Shown here in pieces: positions 63,215-64,000 of a stretch of 64,000 nt of DNA. The translations under genes were made by a program, and so were the position numbers. The notes beneath the pieces are model-generated. The model made no database searches, was not told the origin of the DNA, and worked only from the letters and a program-made list of their open reading frames with translations. This stretch comes from Dehalococcoidia bacterium. GTDB lineage: Bacteria > Chloroflexota > Dehalococcoidia > Lucifugimonadales > QGNO01. Location: positions 1,459,490-1,523,489 of the forward strand of contig OY762956.1 of the NCBI GenBank assembly GCA_963667055.2, given 5' to 3'. Within the stretch, counting starts at the first letter, position 1. Each line of letters starts with the position of its first letter.

Positions 63215-64000
63215 CTACGATTTGATGAGCATGCCCGGCTGACAGCGCCTGCAGTAGCTGGTTATCTGCTGGTTTGCCGTAAGCTGGCTGATCTTATTCC
63301 CGCAGCGCGGGCACGGTTGTCCGCCCTTGTTGTGCACTTGGAGGAAGTCGCGGATCTTGTGATGGGTCTCCTCCATTCTCTCTCTGAGGACTGCCACCGC
63401 GTCCCGCGTTACCTGCTTGGCGCTACGGTGAAGCCTGTGCAACTCTTCATCCGAAAGGCTCTTGCGCTTGCGAAAGGGCGATATGCCGGCTGAGAATAGA
63501 ATCTCATCGCTGTAGGCATTCCCTATTCCGGATAAGAAACCGCCCCGGGTGAGCACCCCCTTGATCTCGCCGTAGTAGGGGCGCAGTCTGTTCTTGAACT
63601 CGTCGAAGCTGACGTCGTCGTCCAACACGTCCGGTCCCTGCTCGTTCAACCGCGGCACCTGGGCCATCTGAGCGGGTTCGACGTAGTAGACCAGCCCCAT
63701 CTGCCTGTCGTCTATGTATCGCAATTCCAACTTTTGGCCGATGCCAATGACCAGGCAGGTGCGCTTAAAAACTCTGGCTTGCGGAGGGCACAGTTGGAAT
63801 GCGCCGGTGAGCATCGGGTTGATTGCCAGCAACCTGCCGGGGGTGAGGTCGAGCAGGAGGAATTTGCCCCTGCGGGCTATCCGCTCGACCGTGCGGCCCG
63901 TGACGTCTTCAGGGAAGTTCGAGGCGGCCAGGGATCTGAGGACGGTTGGCTTGAGCACTTTGGCATAGCTAACCTTGCAACCGGCTACGCGGCGGGTCAG
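63215..64000 (-). CDS. mutM: Formamidopyrimidine-DNA glycosylase / Nei family, N-terminus beyond the window
   Basis: H2TH region LDQRFLSGIGNAYSDEILF-like (GGFLSGIGNAYSDEILFSAGISP), and a C-terminal zinc finger CPRCGNKISQLTANQQITSYCRRCQ. The frame stays open upstream of the GTG to nt 64000 (..LTRRVAGCKVSYAKV..). Confidence 0.85.
   Translation of the reverse strand: MTRRVAGCKVSYAKVLKPTVLRSLAASNFPEDVTGRTVERIARRGKFLLLDLTPGRLLAINPMLTGAFQLCPPQARVFKRTCLVIGIGQKLELRYIDDRQMGLVYYVEPAQMAQVPRLNEQGPDVLDDDVSFDEFKNRLRPYYGEIKGVLTRGGFLSGIGNAYSDEILFSAGISPFRKRKSLSDEELHRLHRSAKQVTRDAVAVLRERMEETHHKIRDFLQVHNKGGQPCPRCGNKISQLTANQQITSYCRRCQPGMLIKS

Overview
High-GC bacterial chromosomal window, roughly 60-65% GC by eye. 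The gene content, the unlinked rRNA and the repeat families suggest a Chloroflexota-like organism, but that is inference only. The first 14.5 kb is the 3' part of one giant gene (>4,811 aa) encoding about 45-50 FN3 repeats, a Pro/Thr/Glu stalk and a C-terminal membrane anchor. It is followed by a fused histidine-kinase/receiver/winged-helix regulator. Most of the rest is housekeeping:
- Replication, DNA repair and nucleotide metabolism: dnaE, folC, mazG, ogt, alkA, mutM.
- Fatty-acid synthesis: fabG-fabF.
- Translation, secretion and membrane insertion: rpsP-KH-rimM, ffh, and rpmH-rnpA-yidD-(beta-propeller lipoprotein)-yidC-jag.
- Central metabolism: archaeal-type PEP carboxylase, split TPP decarboxylase, amidase, nadX.
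- RNA genes: an orphan 23S rRNA followed by initiator tRNA, and tRNA-Thr.

Accessory or unusual content:
1. A low-GC two-gene cassette (34680-36751) pairs a NucS/DUF91-like PD-(D/E)xK nuclease with a GIY-YIG-domain protein, next to an antitoxin-less VapC. This is my best candidate for an undescribed defence or addiction system.
2. A lower-GC block sits directly downstream of tRNA-fMet (56.1-58.4 kb). It holds a UDG-fold gene, a small-protein plus CHAT/caspase-like gene pair, and hicAB.
3. A RAYT transposase comes with a dispersed 28-nt perfect-palindrome REP family (8 copies). At least three further short repeat families are concentrated at 45.2-47.6 kb, around a collagen-like lipoprotein gene.
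4. The giant protein has nested FN3-within-FN3 architecture.
5. Smaller oddities: a lipoprotein gene interrupted by an in-frame TAG, a C17 homopolymer upstream of marR, and a structured 23S leader.

All calls come from reading the sequence and the supplied translations. No database search was run.
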